Made by a program: the position numbers and the translations under genes. A stretch of DNA of 64,000 nt from Bacillota bacterium (lineage in GTDB: Bacteria > Bacillota > Sulfobacillia > JAJZYS01 > JAJYTV01): assembly GCA_021793645.1 (NCBI GenBank), contig JAJYSJ010000002.1, positions 2,003 to 66,002 on the forward strand, in the 5' to 3' direction. Below, piece by piece: positions 29,043 through 42,487 of the stretch; the first letter of the stretch is position 1; every line of letters begins with the position of its first letter. The notes beneath the pieces are model-generated. The model worked only from the letters and a program-made list of their open reading frames with translations. It had not been told where the DNA came from and searched no databases.

Positions 29043-30317
29043 TCAGCCGGCCGGCTGCGCTGCAGTCGCCGCCATAACGGTGCGTACAAGCAAGTCGAGT
29101 GCTTGCGCGAACCGCTCCTTGTCGATGTTGAGGGGCGGCATGAGCCGGATCACTTCGTGGCGGAGTCCCGCCATATGCAGGATGACCCCCTCGGCCAGCA
29201 TGTCCTCCATGACGCGCTGCGCGAGCGCACCGCCCGCTTCGCCGGCGAACTCGACCGCAACCATCAAGCCGCGCCCACGCACATCGCGCACTGCCTCGAG
29301 GCGCCGCAGGGGGGCGAGCCGCTCGAGTGCGAGTGCTCCGAGGCGGTCCGACTGCGCCATCAGGTTCTCATCCTTGATCACCTGCAAGGTCGCAAGACCC
29401 GCCGCGCAGGACACGGGGTTGCCGCCGAACGTGGTGCCGTGGCTGCCAGGGGCCCATTGGTTCGCAAGTGCCGCGCGCGCCGCGATTGCCGAGAGCGGCA
29501 TCCCGCCGCCGAGCGCCTTGCCCATGATCACGATGTCCGGCGAGATTGCGGTGTGCTGATACGCGAACATCCGCCCGGTGCGACCCATTCCGGACTGTAC
29601 TTCGTCCACTGCGAGCAGGATGCCGTGGGCGTTCGCGAGTTCTTGCAGCCACGGCAGGAAGCCGTCCGGAGGGATGACGTAGCCCCCCTCGCCTTGAATC
29701 GGCTCGAGGACGATAAGCGCGACGCGGTCGGGAGCGATGTCCGTCTCCAGCAGCGACTCGAGCTGCAGCTGCACGAAGCGAAGCGCCTCCGCCGGCTGCA
29801 TGGAGAGGCGCGTCGGAGCCGGATACGGAACATGGTAAACGGACGGAAGCAGCGGTTCGTAGGGAGAACGATAGCGGGCAGCGGAGTCGGTGAGGCTGAG
29901 CGCGCCGAGCGAACGGCCATGGAAGCCGCCGCGAAAGGCGATGACGCCCGGCCGCCCAGTAACGAACCGCGCGAGCTTGATCGCGGCCTCCACTGCCTCC
30001 GTGCCAGAGTTCCCGAAGAAGATCTTGTACCCGGAGCCGATCTCAGCCAAGATGGCCTCTGCGTAATCAATCAACGCATCCTGGTATCCGGTTCCACTAT
30101 ACAGGTGAAGGTGCCTGCGTGCCTGATCCTCGATCGCCTGGATGACCTTCGGATGACCGTAACCGACCGCATTGACGGCGATGCCGGTCGCCAGATCCAA
30201 ATAGCGGCGACCGTCCACCGTGTAGAGATATGAACCTTGTCCGTGGCTGATCGAAAGTTCCGTCTCCATCGGCTGTACCGGCATCATGGCCGCCTCGTAG
30301 CGCTGCGCGATGTCCAA
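29043..30317 (-). CDS. Class III aminotransferase (4-aminobutyrate/acetylornithine type)
   Basis: NSGTEAVEAAIK, GFHGRS, EPIQGEGGY, DEVQSGMGRTG, GKALGGG, HGTTFGGNP. Confidence 0.9.
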   Translation of the reverse strand: MDIAQRYEAAMMPVQPMETELSISHGQGSYLYTVDGRRYLDLATGIAVNAVGYGHPKVIQAIEDQARRHLHLYSGTGYQDALIDYAEAILAEIGSGYKIFFGNSGTEAVEAAIKLARFVTGRPGVIAFRGGFHGRSLGALSLTDSAARYRSPYEPLLPSVYHVPYPAPTRLSMQPAEALRFVQLQLESLLETDIAPDRVALIVLEPIQGEGGYVIPPDGFLPWLQELANAHGILLAVDEVQSGMGRTGRMFAYQHTAISPDIVIMGKALGGGMPLSAIAARAALANQWAPGSHGTTFGGNPVSCAAGLATLQVIKDENLMAQSDRLGALALERLAPLRRLEAVRDVRGRGLMVAVEFAGEAGGALAQRVMEDMLAEGVILHMAGLRHEVIRLMPPLNIDKERFAQALDLLVRTVMAATAAQPAG

Positions 30318-30542
30318 CTCTATTGGAGTCCCTCCCTCAAGAATATGCTATGCGTACTAAGCCTACGCGCCTTGTATCTACCATTGATCATCGATGCGCG
30401 TGAAGCAACCGTTGAAACGGTGCCTGATCGGACCTTAGGCTGCCTATGCCCCATCCCTAGCCGCTTGACGCACGGTGACTTCTTCTTGCACTCCCGTACG
30501 CAGGATGCATCTTAGGGCTGCAGCCGCCGGCCCACTGCGCGC

Positions 30543-30580
30543 AAAACGACACCGCCCCCGCTGCCGGGGGCGGTGCGTCG
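30543..30580 (-). terminator. Rho-independent terminator of the NCS1 permease gene
   Basis: CACCGCCCCCG/CGGGGGCGGTG stem with a TTTT tail on the minus strand. Confidence 0.7.
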
Positions 30581-30591
30581 GAAGGCGCGAT

Positions 30592-31956
30592 CTAGACGGT
30601 CTGCGGCTGGCGGCTCTTCGCCATCACCAGATAGACGAGACCGGCGACGACGAAGCTCACGAAGTAGGTGATATCGCCGAACTGCGGGTAGTGGGACGGG
30701 AACCAGGAGACGAACACGGGGTACTGGTTCATGAAGGGCACCGACACCGCAACGCCGATGATCCAGGCCCAGACGCCTGCGGCGAACGGCTGCTTGCGGT
30801 TGTAGAACTCCTCGGTCTCGTACTGGCCCTTGGCCTTGACGTAGTAGTCGACGAGAACGATCGCGAGCCACGGCGCAACCCAGTAGCCGAGAAGGAAGAG
30901 GAACTCCTGGTAGTGCTGCCAGTAGCCGTGCTGGCCGGCCACCCAACTGACGATCGTGCCGAGAATGCCGACGATCACGGCGCCGAGCCAGCGCTTCATC
31001 GGGATATCGATGACGAGCGAGGAAAGTGCACCGGAGTAGATATTGAGGACGTTCGCGGTGACCGTTCCGAGCACGACCGCGATCATCGTCACGACGCCGA
31101 GCGCGTGCGGCAAGAGGTGCGTCACGAGGTCCGTCGGAACCGCGATGTTCTTCAGCGTCGCAAGCGCTGCACCCAGTACCTCAAGCCAGAAGCCCGAGAT
31201 CAGCAGCGACCAGAACGCGTTGCCGAAGACGGCGCGCACGGAAGTCTTCGCGGGCAGGTAGCGCGTGTAGTCGGAGGCGAATGCCATCCACCCGAGGCAG
31301 TAGGAGAACGAGATAGCGAGCATCAGGATGAAGGCGCCGGATGGCCCGCCGACGTAGCTGGCCAGCTTCAGGTTCATCGGCGCGGACAGGTGTCCGTTCG
31401 CAAAGCCGTATACCGAGACGATCAGGAAGACGACCGTCAGGACGACGGCCAGGTAGCGCTCCAGGGTGTGGATCAGGTTGTAGCCGTAGACCGCAATCGC
31501 GACCTGAATGACGACCATGATGCCGAGGCCGACCGCGAACGAGAGGCCAAACAGCCATTGCAGGGCGAAGACGCCCAGTACTGTGTTCACGGCGAACCAG
31601 GAGAACCCCGCAATGAAGTTCAGCACTCCGGGGATGAAGTTCCCGTAGTAGCCGAACGCCTTGCGCGACTGGATGAGCTGCGGGACGCCGAACCTTGGGC
31701 CGAACGTGCTGAGGGCGCCGAGCGCGAGTGCGCCAAGGAGGTTCCCGATCCCGATCGCGAGCACAGCCTGCCAAAAGCTGAGCCCGAACGCGCCGGTTGC
31801 CAGCGCGCCCGTCACCAGGGTGGCGAACTCCACGTTGGCACCGAACCAGAGCGAAAAGATCGACGAAGGCCTGCCATGTCGCTCGCTGGGCGAGATCGGC
31901 TCGACACCCTTGGGTTCGACCTTGAGCACCTGTTCTGTGTAATCCGCGACGCTCAC
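30592..31956 (-). CDS. Purine-cytosine permease (NCS1 family)
   Basis: VEPKGVEPI...ERHG, LWFGAN, GPRFGVPQ, ASDYTRYLP, N.LNIYS. Confidence 0.9.
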   Translation of the reverse strand: MSVADYTEQVLKVEPKGVEPISPSERHGRPSSIFSLWFGANVEFATLVTGALATGAFGLSFWQAVLAIGIGNLLGALALGALSTFGPRFGVPQLIQSRKAFGYYGNFIPGVLNFIAGFSWFAVNTVLGVFALQWLFGLSFAVGLGIMVVIQVAIAVYGYNLIHTLERYLAVVLTVVFLIVSVYGFANGHLSAPMNLKLASYVGGPSGAFILMLAISFSYCLGWMAFASDYTRYLPAKTSVRAVFGNAFWSLLISGFWLEVLGAALATLKNIAVPTDLVTHLLPHALGVVTMIAVVLGTVTANVLNIYSGALSSLVIDIPMKRWLGAVIVGILGTIVSWVAGQHGYWQHYQEFLFLLGYWVAPWLAIVLVDYYVKAKGQYETEEFYNRKQPFAAGVWAWIIGVAVSVPFMNQYPVFVSWFPSHYPQFGDITYFVSFVVAGLVYLVMAKSRQPQTV

Positions 31957-32066
31957 GCGATCCCTCCGTTTCCGAACGTTCTTCCTGTATTATGCCAGAT
32001 CATTCGTGAACTGTCTCCGGGTAGGGACAACTTTTTTCGACGGATTTCGCATGCCCCAGCAAATGC

Positions 32067-32090
32067 AAAAAGCGCGGCCATCGCCGCGCC
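32067..32090 (-). terminator. Rho-independent terminator
   Basis: GCGCGGC-GATG-GCCGCGC followed by TTTTT on the minus strand. Confidence 0.7.
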
Positions 32091-32103
32091 GTTGCCCGAT
32101 CGG

Positions 32104-32403
32104 TCAACCGATGGTCGACTTGATCTCTGCCTGAATGTCTTGCCAGGGGACGCCTCCTTCGAAGCGAAGGTCGCCCTGAATCAATACGAGCGGCAGCTCC
32201 AGCTCACCTTGGCGCACGCGCCCAGCGAACTCCGGGTCCTTGCCGTCCTCGAGGTTCCTGTACGCTACCTCGACGCTGCCCGGGAAGCGCAGCCCGGCAA
32301 GGTTCCTGACCATCTCCGCCTGTTCGAAGAAGGTCATCGCGGTCGGGCACGAACCGTAACCGAACTCATCGCCGCTCGTGCCGAGGATCGTAATCTCGAC
32401 CAA
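32104..32403 (-). CDS. Small thioredoxin-like protein (YuzD/DUF1462-like)
   Basis: VEITILG...SCP...RFP..VEV.Y......E...PLV.I.G..EG pattern; followed by a terminator. Confidence 0.55.
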   Translation of the reverse strand: MVEITILGTSGDEFGYGSCPTAMTFFEQAEMVRNLAGLRFPGSVEVAYRNLEDGKDPEFAGRVRQGELELPLVLIQGDLRFEGGVPWQDIQAEIKSTIG

Positions 32404-32426
32404 TCGATCGTCTCCCGAACACAAAA

Positions 32427-32778
32427 TGGTGGAGGCGCGGGGGAACTGCCCCCCCGGTCCGCCGAACCCCCAGTACGGGCATCTACGAGCGTAGCCCTCG
32501 CTTTAATCTCACCTTCGGCGCCTTACAAGGGCGAAGTCGCCGTCAGCCAGCCTCAGTTGATGTCCGCGCGTAGTCGGGGCGCCCCCCGCGCGTGAGCCCG
32601 CTAATTAGCGTCCCTCCGGCGCGCAGGCTTCGCCAGGAGGAACGGCTCAAGTGCGCTTAGGCAGCGAGAGCGTAGTTTGAATCGTTGGCAGTTGTGCCGT
32701 TTCCGCTGTTTTACGAGGAGCGGAACCTCGGCTCGCTTCCCGAACCAGAACATACGACGTCGATCCTGGTTCGCCCCC
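32427..32778 (-). ncRNA. ssrA: tmRNA
   Basis: 5' GGGGGCG...GGATCGAC and 3' CGCCTCCACCA; tag reading frame ANDSNYALAA*; directly after smpB. Confidence 0.96.
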
Positions 32779-32784
32779 AAACTT

Positions 32785-33234
32785 TCAGCGTCGGCTCTTC
32801 AGGGCGCGCTCCATCTCGCGTTTCGCGTCGCGCGTCTTGAGATCCTCCCGCTTGTCGTAGAGCTTCTTGCCGCGGCATACGCCGAGTTCGACCTTGCAGA
32901 AACCCCGGTCGTTGAAGTACATGCGCAGCGGCACAATCGTCATGCCGCGCTCTCGCATGCGACCGACGAGCCCGTCGAGCTCCCGTCGGTGCAGCAGCAG
33001 CTTGCGCCGCCGATACGGTTCATGGTTCATGCGATTGCCCTGGTCGTACGGGGAGATGTGCACATGCTGCAAGAAGATCTCGCCGTGCGACATGGACGCG
33101 TACGCATCCTGCAGGTTCACCCGCCCGAGACGAGCCGACTTCACCTCGGTCCCGGTCAAGGCGATCCCCGCCTCGATGGTCTCGAGGACGAAGTAGTCGT
33201 GCCGGGCCTTGCGGTTGTCGGCGATGATCTTCAT
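32785..33234 (-). CDS. smpB: SsrA-binding protein
   Basis: [36 protein letters not shown]. Confidence 0.97.
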   Translation of the reverse strand: MKIIADNRKARHDYFVLETIEAGIALTGTEVKSARLGRVNLQDAYASMSHGEIFLQHVHISPYDQGNRMNHEPYRRRKLLLHRRELDGLVGRMRERGMTIVPLRMYFNDRGFCKVELGVCRGKKLYDKREDLKTRDAKREMERALKSRR

Positions 33235-35561
33235 GGCGTTTCGCCCACAGGCTCCTTCGCGCCGTCCTTCGCCGCTCCATCCTTGGCGCGGTCTTTGGCT
33301 TTTCGGCTGGAACGGCGCCTACGATTATAGTTGCGACGGGACTTCTTTTCAACCTTCGCTTGGGGTGGTTCTGCGTCCTGCGCTGGCTCCACGTCGCCTC
33401 CAGCCACTGCCACGGCTGCGGGCGCGGCCAATGGCGGCTGCACATCGGCAAGCGACAAGTCAATCTCGCCGTGTTCGGTGTCAACGCGTTCGACGCGAAC
33501 CCGCACGCGGTCGGCCAGGCGGAACAGGCGCTTTGTGCGCTCGCCCTGCAGCTGGAAGAGCTTCTCGTCGAAGTGATAGTAGTCGTCTGTTAGTGAACTC
33601 ACGCGCAGGAGACCCTCAACGCCAAGCGAGACTTCGACGAAGACACCGAACGGCACGACCCCAGTGACGATGCCGTCGAATTCCTCTCCGACCTTGTCTT
33701 GCATGAATTCGACCTTCTTGAGATCCACCGACTCGCGCTCCGCCTCGTCTGCGAGGCGCTCGCGCTCCGAGGAGACCCGCGCAATCTCCGGCAGGCGTGC
33801 AACGAGGTCCTCGCGCCGCTCGTCCTTGATCGGCCTCTTGCGCAGGTACTCTTTCAGGATGCGGTGGATCACAAGGTCCGGGTAGCGCCGAATCGGCGAC
33901 GTGAAGTGGGTATAGAGCGGGGCCGCTAGACCGAAGTGGCCGATCGACTGCGTATCATAGCGCGCCCGTGCCATCGAGCGCAGTACGACGGCGGAAACAA
34001 GGTCGCGCTCCGGGCGCTGGGCCGCGCGCGCAAGGATGTCCTGCAGCATGCGCGGGTGCAGCTTCTTGCCGCTCTGCGGCAGATGGTAGCCAAGACGGCC
34101 GAGGAACCCGCGCAGTCCTTCCAGCTTTTCCGGGTCCGGCTCCTCGTGGACGCGAAAGAGGAACGGGAGGTTCTGCCGCGAGGCGATTTCCGCGACAACC
34201 TCGTTCGCCTGGAGCATGAACTCCTCGATCAGCTGGTCCGACGCCGTGCGGCCCCGCTGCTCGATGGCGAGCGGTCGGCCCTCGTCGTTCAGCTTCACCT
34301 TGTACTCCGTCGTGTCGAAGTCGATTGCGCCACGGTCGCGGCGACGGCGGCCAAGGATGTCCTTGAGCCGAGTCATGCCGAACAGGACGGGCATCAATTC
34401 CTGGTACGCATCGTCGGGCGGGTCTCCATCCAGTGTACGGTTGACGCCACTATAGGACAGACGCGCAGCCGTGCGAATCACCGACTCCTGCACCTGGTGG
34501 CGGATCCGCCGACCTGCTGTATCGAAGTCGACGAAGACGGAGAGCGCCAGGCGGTCCTCACGCGGGTTCAGACTGCAGATGCCGTTGGAGAGGCGCTCGG
34601 GCAGCATCGGGATGACCCTGTCCACGAGATATACGGAGGTCCCGCGCCGGAAGGCCTCGCGGTCGAGCGGCGTGCCCTCGCGCACGTAGTGCCCGACGTC
34701 GGCGATGTGCACGCCGAGCCGCCAGCCCTCCTCCGTCGCCTGCAACGAGACGGCGTCGTCGAGGTCCTTCGAATCGTCCGAGTCGATCGTAAACGTCTGC
34801 AAGTCGCGCAGGTCCACCCGCCCGCGGATGTCCTTCTGCGTCACTTCGAGCGGCACGCGCTCGGCTTCAGCCAGCACATCCTCCGGGAAGGCCTCGGGCA
34901 GGTTGTGTTTGCGGACGATGGCAAGCACGTCGACTCCGGGCTGGCGAAGCCCCCCCAGGCGCTCGATCACCTTCCCGACCGGTCCGCGCCGCGCGTCTCC
35001 GAATACTTCAACATGGCAGACGACCAGTTCGCCGTCCGCCGCTTCCAGGCGCGCCGTATCCGGAATGATGATGTCGTGTGCATCGCGCCCGTCCTGCGGG
35101 CGGACGAACCAGGCACCGCCGACGCACTCGATGCGCCCGACGATCGTGTCGCGGGAGCGCTGCACAATCCGCACAACTTCCCCTGCACGGCCCTGCAGGC
35201 GCCGGACCAGAACGCGGTCGCCGTGCATCGCGCCTTTCAGGTGCTCCACCGCGACGCGCAGGTCCTCGCCGTCGTGCTCCTCCGGGATAAACCAGGAATC
35301 GCCGCGGCGCGTCCCCTGGATCCGCCCAGGCAGGAGGTCCACCTTGCCGGGTGCCGCAAAGCGACCCTGACGCGTCTTGAGGATCTCGCCCCGCGAAACC
35401 ATCTCATCGAGGAGGCGATTGAAGGCAGCGCGTCGTTCGGCCTTGATCTGGAAGTTCTCCGCCAGCTCGTCCGCGGAAAGTGGACGCTGGGTCTCGTCCG
35501 CGATGAAGGCGATCAGCTGCTGGCGCTGCGGCAGGTCAGACGGCCTGCGCCGCCTGCTCAT
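33231..35561 (-). CDS. rnr: Ribonuclease R
   Basis: [17 protein letters not shown]...[15 protein letters not shown]1 domain, basic C-terminal tail. Confidence 0.96.
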   Translation of the reverse strand: MSRRRRPSDLPQRQQLIAFIADETQRPLSADELAENFQIKAERRAAFNRLLDEMVSRGEILKTRQGRFAAPGKVDLLPGRIQGTRRGDSWFIPEEHDGEDLRVAVEHLKGAMHGDRVLVRRLQGRAGEVVRIVQRSRDTIVGRIECVGGAWFVRPQDGRDAHDIIIPDTARLEAADGELVVCHVEVFGDARRGPVGKVIERLGGLRQPGVDVLAIVRKHNLPEAFPEDVLAEAERVPLEVTQKDIRGRVDLRDLQTFTIDSDDSKDLDDAVSLQATEEGWRLGVHIADVGHYVREGTPLDREAFRRGTSVYLVDRVIPMLPERLSNGICSLNPREDRLALSVFVDFDTAGRRIRHQVQESVIRTAARLSYSGVNRTLDGDPPDDAYQELMPVLFGMTRLKDILGRRRRDRGAIDFDTTEYKVKLNDEGRPLAIEQRGRTASDQLIEEFMLQANEVVAEIASRQNLPFLFRVHEEPDPEKLEGLRGFLGRLGYHLPQSGKKLHPRMLQDILARAAQRPERDLVSAVVLRSMARARYDTQSIGHFGLAAPLYTHFTSPIRRYPDLVIHRILKEYLRKRPIKDERREDLVARLPEIARVSSERERLADEAERESVDLKKVEFMQDKVGEEFDGIVTGVVPFGVFVEVSLGVEGLLRVSSLTDDYYHFDEKLFQLQGERTKRLFRLADRVRVRVERVDTEHGEIDLSLADVQPPLAAPAAVAVAGGDVEPAQDAEPPQAKVEKKSRRNYNRRRRSSRKAKDRAKDGAAKDGAKEPVGETP

Positions 35562-36268
35562 GAAGGGCCCCCGAAGACGCCGTCCAGGAACCGGCCTGCG
35601 CGCTCAGCGAAGAGCGCCGCCTGTTCCCGCGGCACATGTTCGTGCGAAGCCAAAATCTCAAACTCCTTTTGCCGGCTGCCCAGTAAATCAAACAGCGCTT
35701 TGGACGCTGCGGGGCGGACGGTCGTGTCGAACTCGGACTGCAGCATCAGGCTTGGCGCCCGAACCGCCGACGCATGGGTGCGCGCCTCGCGGATGTAACG
35801 CAGGAGTTCGGCGACCGAACGCAAGGGCAGTCGATCTAGATTGGCGCCTTCCCGTAGGCGCAGGTAAGGAAGCACCGGCCAAAGCACGCGGGCCAAAGGA
35901 GCCTTGCGCTCATACAGCGCGGCAGCCGGGTTGAGCATGACCAGTGCCCGCACTGGAAAGTGTGCGGCGAGGTCCATCGCAAGCATTCCCCCGAGCGACA
36001 GACCGCACACAGCAACGCCGTTTCCGGCGCTCCCTTCCACCAGTTCGAGCAGTGCCAGTTCCGCGCTGCGTCGCCAGTCGACGGCCGTCGATGCCCGCAG
36101 CTCCTCCGCGGTCCCGCCATGGCCCGCGAGGATCGGCGCGTAGACGTTGTAGCCCCGCTGGCCGAGTGCCTCGCCAAGCTGGGCTACGCTTGCGGGCTGA
36201 TCTGTGAACCCGTGGACGAGAAGAACCCCCGGTCCGCGGTTCGGCCAGCGCAGTGCAACGCGCGCCAT
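35558..36268 (-). CDS. Carboxylesterase (YvaK/Est-like alpha/beta hydrolase)
   Basis: LLVHGFT, GHG, GLSLGG nucleophile elbow; lies between secG and rnr as in Bacillus. Confidence 0.85.
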   Translation of the reverse strand: MARVALRWPNRGPGVLLVHGFTDQPASVAQLGEALGQRGYNVYAPILAGHGGTAEELRASTAVDWRRSAELALLELVEGSAGNGVAVCGLSLGGMLAMDLAAHFPVRALVMLNPAAALYERKAPLARVLWPVLPYLRLREGANLDRLPLRSVAELLRYIREARTHASAVRAPSLMLQSEFDTTVRPAASKALFDLLGSRQKEFEILASHEHVPREQAALFAERAGRFLDGVFGGPS

Positions 36269-36272
36269 CGCG

Positions 36273-36497
36273 CTAGCCGAGGCGCGACAGCACGAGCGAC
36301 AAGGCGAAGAAGACGAAGGCGAGGATCGCGGTCATGCGCGCCAGCGTCTCGTCGATGCCGCGCCTCCGGCCGAAGAAAGTGTCGCCGGAGCTGCCGAAGG
36401 AACCCGTGAAACCCGGCACGCGTGCCGACTGGAGCAGGATCCCGACGACGATCGCGATGGACACGACTACGTAGAGAACCAGGAGAACGATCTTCAA
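36273..36497 (-). CDS. secG: Preprotein translocase subunit SecG
   Basis: Two TM helices, ILLQS...G.FG...FG.RRG.D..LAR.T. Confidence 0.92.
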   Translation of the reverse strand: MKIVLLVLYVVVSIAIVVGILLQSARVPGFTGSFGSSGDTFFGRRRGIDETLARMTAILAFVFFALSLVLSRLG

Positions 36498-36520
36498 AAA
36501 CCAGTCACCGCCAAATCTGC

Positions 36521-39307
<2,787 letters not shown>

Positions 39308-39315
<8 letters not shown>

Positions 39316-40057
39316 TGCCGACCACCGCTTTCAGTAATGCGAGAAATCCGATCGGGTCCAGCGACGCAGTCCCCACGAGGATGCCGTCGATGCCGCCCCC
39401 CAAGAGGTAGCCCCCGACGTTGTCGGGTGCTACAGAGCCGCCGTACAGGATGCGCAGGCCCTCTAAGAGACCCGTGCGCGCGCCGACCCCCTCACGGATC
39501 GCGGCCGCCACCTCGCTCGCCTGCTCCGGTGTGGCCGGCTGCCCGCTGCCGATCGCCCAGACTGGCTCGTATGCAACGATCACCCGCCTCGCCTCGTCTG
39601 CGCAGAGGCCGCCAAACCCACGGTCGTACTGTTCCTTGAGCGCCCTCCGGAAGCCTCCGGCGTTACGCTGGTCCATGTCCTCGCCGACGCAGTACACGGG
39701 CGTCAGCCCGTGCGCGAGGGCGGCCCGGATGCGCGCATGCGCACCCTCGTCGTCTTCCGCCGCGTAGCGTCTGCGCTCCGAGTGCGCGACGAGTACATAG
39801 CGGCAGCCCGCCTCAGTGATCTGCGCCGCCGAGACCATGCCGGTGTACGCGCCCGACTGCTCCCAGAAGACATCCTGGGCGCCGAGCGAGATCGGGCTCT
39901 GCGCGATCTCCGCAGCTACTGCCGGGATCTGCAGGAAACCCGGCATGACGATCACCTCAGCGCGATGCGCCAGGGGCGACCTTTTGACCGCACGGGCCCA
40001 CGCCACGGCCTCCGCCGTGGTCTTGTGAAGCTTCCAGTTCGCGGCCAAGATGGCCAC
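39308..40057 (-). CDS. tpiA: Triosephosphate isomerase
   Basis: ANWK, HSERR, AYEPVWAIG, YGGSV. Confidence 0.95.
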
Positions 40058-40059
40058 GC

Positions 40060-41226
40060 TTAGCGCTCCAGCAGGCCGGCGATGCCCGGCAGGGTTCGTC
40101 CTTCAAGATACTCAAGGGAGGCGCCTCCGCCCGTCGAAACGTGCGAAACGTTCTCCGCCAGGCCGGACGCGGCGATCGCGGCGGCCGAGTCGCCGCCGCC
40201 CACGACCGTATAGCCCTTGCAGTCAGCGACGGCCCGCGCCACGGCGAGTGTGCCCTCCGCAAATGGGTCGCGCTCGTAGAGTCCGAGCGGCCCGTTCCAA
40301 AAAAGGCGCCGCGCCGGCAGGATCGCCTCGCGAAAGATTCGGCGCGTTGCGGGGCCGATGTCGAGAATCATCTCGTCCGACCCAACCTCCTCGACGTTGA
40401 CCGCATGCCCGCCCTCAGTCATGGCGCGGCTCACGATCACATCCGACGGCAGGCGGAAGCGGTCGCTGAAGCGTCGCATCAGGCCGCGCGCCACGTCCAG
40501 CTCGCCGCTCTCCGAGAGCGAGCGGCCGATTGGCACGCCGCGTGCGTGCAAAAACGTATTGGCAAGCGCCCCACCCACGAGCACCGTCTCCGCCTGCGTC
40601 GCCAGATGCTCGATCACCTCGATCTTGTCCGAGATCTTCGCGCCGCCGAGGATGAGGACTAGCGGCTTTTCACTGCCGTCAACGAGGCGGTCCAGCGCAA
40701 GGACCTCCTCCTGCACCAGGTAGCCCGCATACGACGGCAGGATCGCACAGATCGCGTGCGTCGAAGCGTGTGCGCGGTGCACGGCGCCAAAGGCATCCTG
40801 CACGAAGATCTCGCCAAAGCTCGCAAGCTCTGCCGCAAAGCCCGGATCGTCCTCCGTCTCGCGAGGGTCGAACCGCAGATTGTCTAGCAGCAGAACCTCG
40901 CCTGGCCCAAGGCGCAGTACCTCGGTCCTGGCGTCAGAGCCGGTCGGCAGACCGGGCGCGAACCGCACCGGCGTCGAGAGCAGCTCAGACAGCCTCCGCG
41001 CGACGGGCGCGAGACTGAATCCCTCCTGAACCTGTCCCTTCGGTCGGCCGAGGTGGGACATCACGACGACGGCGCTGCCCTGCCCGCGCAGGTGCTCGAT
41101 CGTGCGCACGGAGGCGCGGATGCGGGTATCGTCCCGCACCTCTCCGTCTTGCAGCGGAACGTTCAGGTCAGCCCGGACAAGGTACCTCTCGGCTCTCGGC
41201 GCGCGATCGAGGCTGCGCAGATTCAC
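40060..41226 (-). CDS. pgk: Phosphoglycerate kinase
   Basis: [45 protein letters not shown]. Confidence 0.96.
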   Translation of the reverse strand: MNLRSLDRAPRAERYLVRADLNVPLQDGEVRDDTRIRASVRTIEHLRGQGSAVVVMSHLGRPKGQVQEGFSLAPVARRLSELLSTPVRFAPGLPTGSDARTEVLRLGPGEVLLLDNLRFDPRETEDDPGFAAELASFGEIFVQDAFGAVHRAHASTHAICAILPSYAGYLVQEEVLALDRLVDGSEKPLVLILGGAKISDKIEVIEHLATQAETVLVGGALANTFLHARGVPIGRSLSESGELDVARGLMRRFSDRFRLPSDVIVSRAMTEGGHAVNVEEVGSDEMILDIGPATRRIFREAILPARRLFWNGPLGLYERDPFAEGTLAVARAVADCKGYTVVGGGDSAAAIAASGLAENVSHVSTGGGASLEYLEGRTLPGIAGLLER

Positions 41227-42230
41227 TGCTCTTCCCTCTTTGCGATATAGGCTGCGAGATCCACGAGCCGCGTCGCATAGCCCCACTCGTTGTCGTACCA
41301 AGCCATCACCTTCGCCAGTTGGCCGACGGCGGCGGTAAGACCCGCGTCAAGCGTAGCCGACGCGGGGGATCCGCGCAGGTCCGAGGAGACGAGTGGCGCC
41401 TCCGTGTAGTCGAGGATGCCACGCATCGGTCCCTCGGCCGCGGCGCGCATCGCATGGTTGATCCCCTTGGCATCGGCAGGCCTCCTTAGGCGCACCACGA
41501 GGTCCACAGCCGAAACGACCTGCGTGGGTACGCGCAGTGCGAGTCCGTGGAAGTTTTCGCCGAGCTCCGGCCAGACGGCCTTCACGGCCTTCGCCGCCCC
41601 TGTCGAGGTGGGGATGATGTTGACCGCCGCCGCTCGGGCCCGCCTGAGATCCTTGTGCGACTTGTCGAGGAGGTTCTGGTCCGAGGTATAGCTGTGGACC
41701 GCCGTCATCATGCCTTCCTCGACGCCGAACGCGTCGTCGAGGACCTTCATGACGGGAAGAAGGCAGTTCGTTGTGCAAGAGCCCATCGACATGACGAAGT
41801 GCTCCTTGGGGTCGAACTCATCCGCGTTGACGCCAAGGATGAACGTGGGTGCCGGATTCACCTTCGCCGGGGCTGCCAGGACCACGCGCCGCGCGCCTCC
41901 TTGCAGGTGGGCCTTGGCGAGCTCGGGATCATTGAACTTGCCGCTCGCCTCGATCACCAGTTCGACGCCTTCGCTCTGCCAGTCTATCTTGGCCGGCTCC
42001 CGCTCATGGAACGTGCGGATGCTGCGGCCATTGACGTACAAGTGGTCCTCATCGGAGGAAACATCCGCTGCAAACGTGCCGTAGTTCGAGTCGTACTTCA
42101 GAAGGTGCGCCATGGTTGCGGTCGCACCGGGCCCATTCACCGCGACGATCTGTACGTCGGAACGTCCTTCGGCGATCCTGAGCGCACGCCGCCCAACGGC
42201 GCCAAGCCCGGATATGCCTACGCGTATCAA
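41223..42230 (-). CDS. gap: Glyceraldehyde-3-phosphate dehydrogenase
   Basis: SCTTNCL catalytic Cys, DLRRARAAA.NIIP.STGAAKA, WYDNEWGY; TTG start after AAGGAGG. Confidence 0.95.
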   Translation of the reverse strand: MIRVGISGLGAVGRRALRIAEGRSDVQIVAVNGPGATATMAHLLKYDSNYGTFAADVSSDEDHLYVNGRSIRTFHEREPAKIDWQSEGVELVIEASGKFNDPELAKAHLQGGARRVVLAAPAKVNPAPTFILGVNADEFDPKEHFVMSMGSCTTNCLLPVMKVLDDAFGVEEGMMTAVHSYTSDQNLLDKSHKDLRRARAAAVNIIPTSTGAAKAVKAVWPELGENFHGLALRVPTQVVSAVDLVVRLRRPADAKGINHAMRAAAEGPMRGILDYTEAPLVSSDLRGSPASATLDAGLTAAVGQLAKVMAWYDNEWGYATRLVDLAAYIAKREEQ

Positions 42231-42487
42231 GGTGGGCCACTTCCTCCTTGTTCCATTTGGGCACAGACCGCATTTATTATAACGAATGGCCTCCTCTGCC
42301 ACCACCTGCAGTCGATTCCAAGCACAGTCAGAAGGGCGCATTCTGCGTGGACCATATGGACTGGGTGCGGGCTCAGCAGCACGCAGCCTCCCCGCGGATG
42401 TACCAGACTGTGCGCCTGCGCGAACAGGACTTCCTTCATCTGTTATGGAAACTCCAGGAAGTGCTCCTCTGCTTGGAGGTGGGCTGC

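Noticed and set aside
31957-32065. Purine riboswitch upstream of the NCS1 permease
   Set aside because: No purine aptamer core was recognised, and an extended -10 (TGGCATAAT) sits close to the start codon, implying a short leader.
30475-32595. 706-aa plus-strand ORF, and similar long antisense ORFs such as 5800-7569, 33936-35798 and 50958-52427
   Set aside because: These are shadow frames antisense to well-supported genes in high-GC DNA and show no recognisable motifs; this one also runs into the tmRNA.
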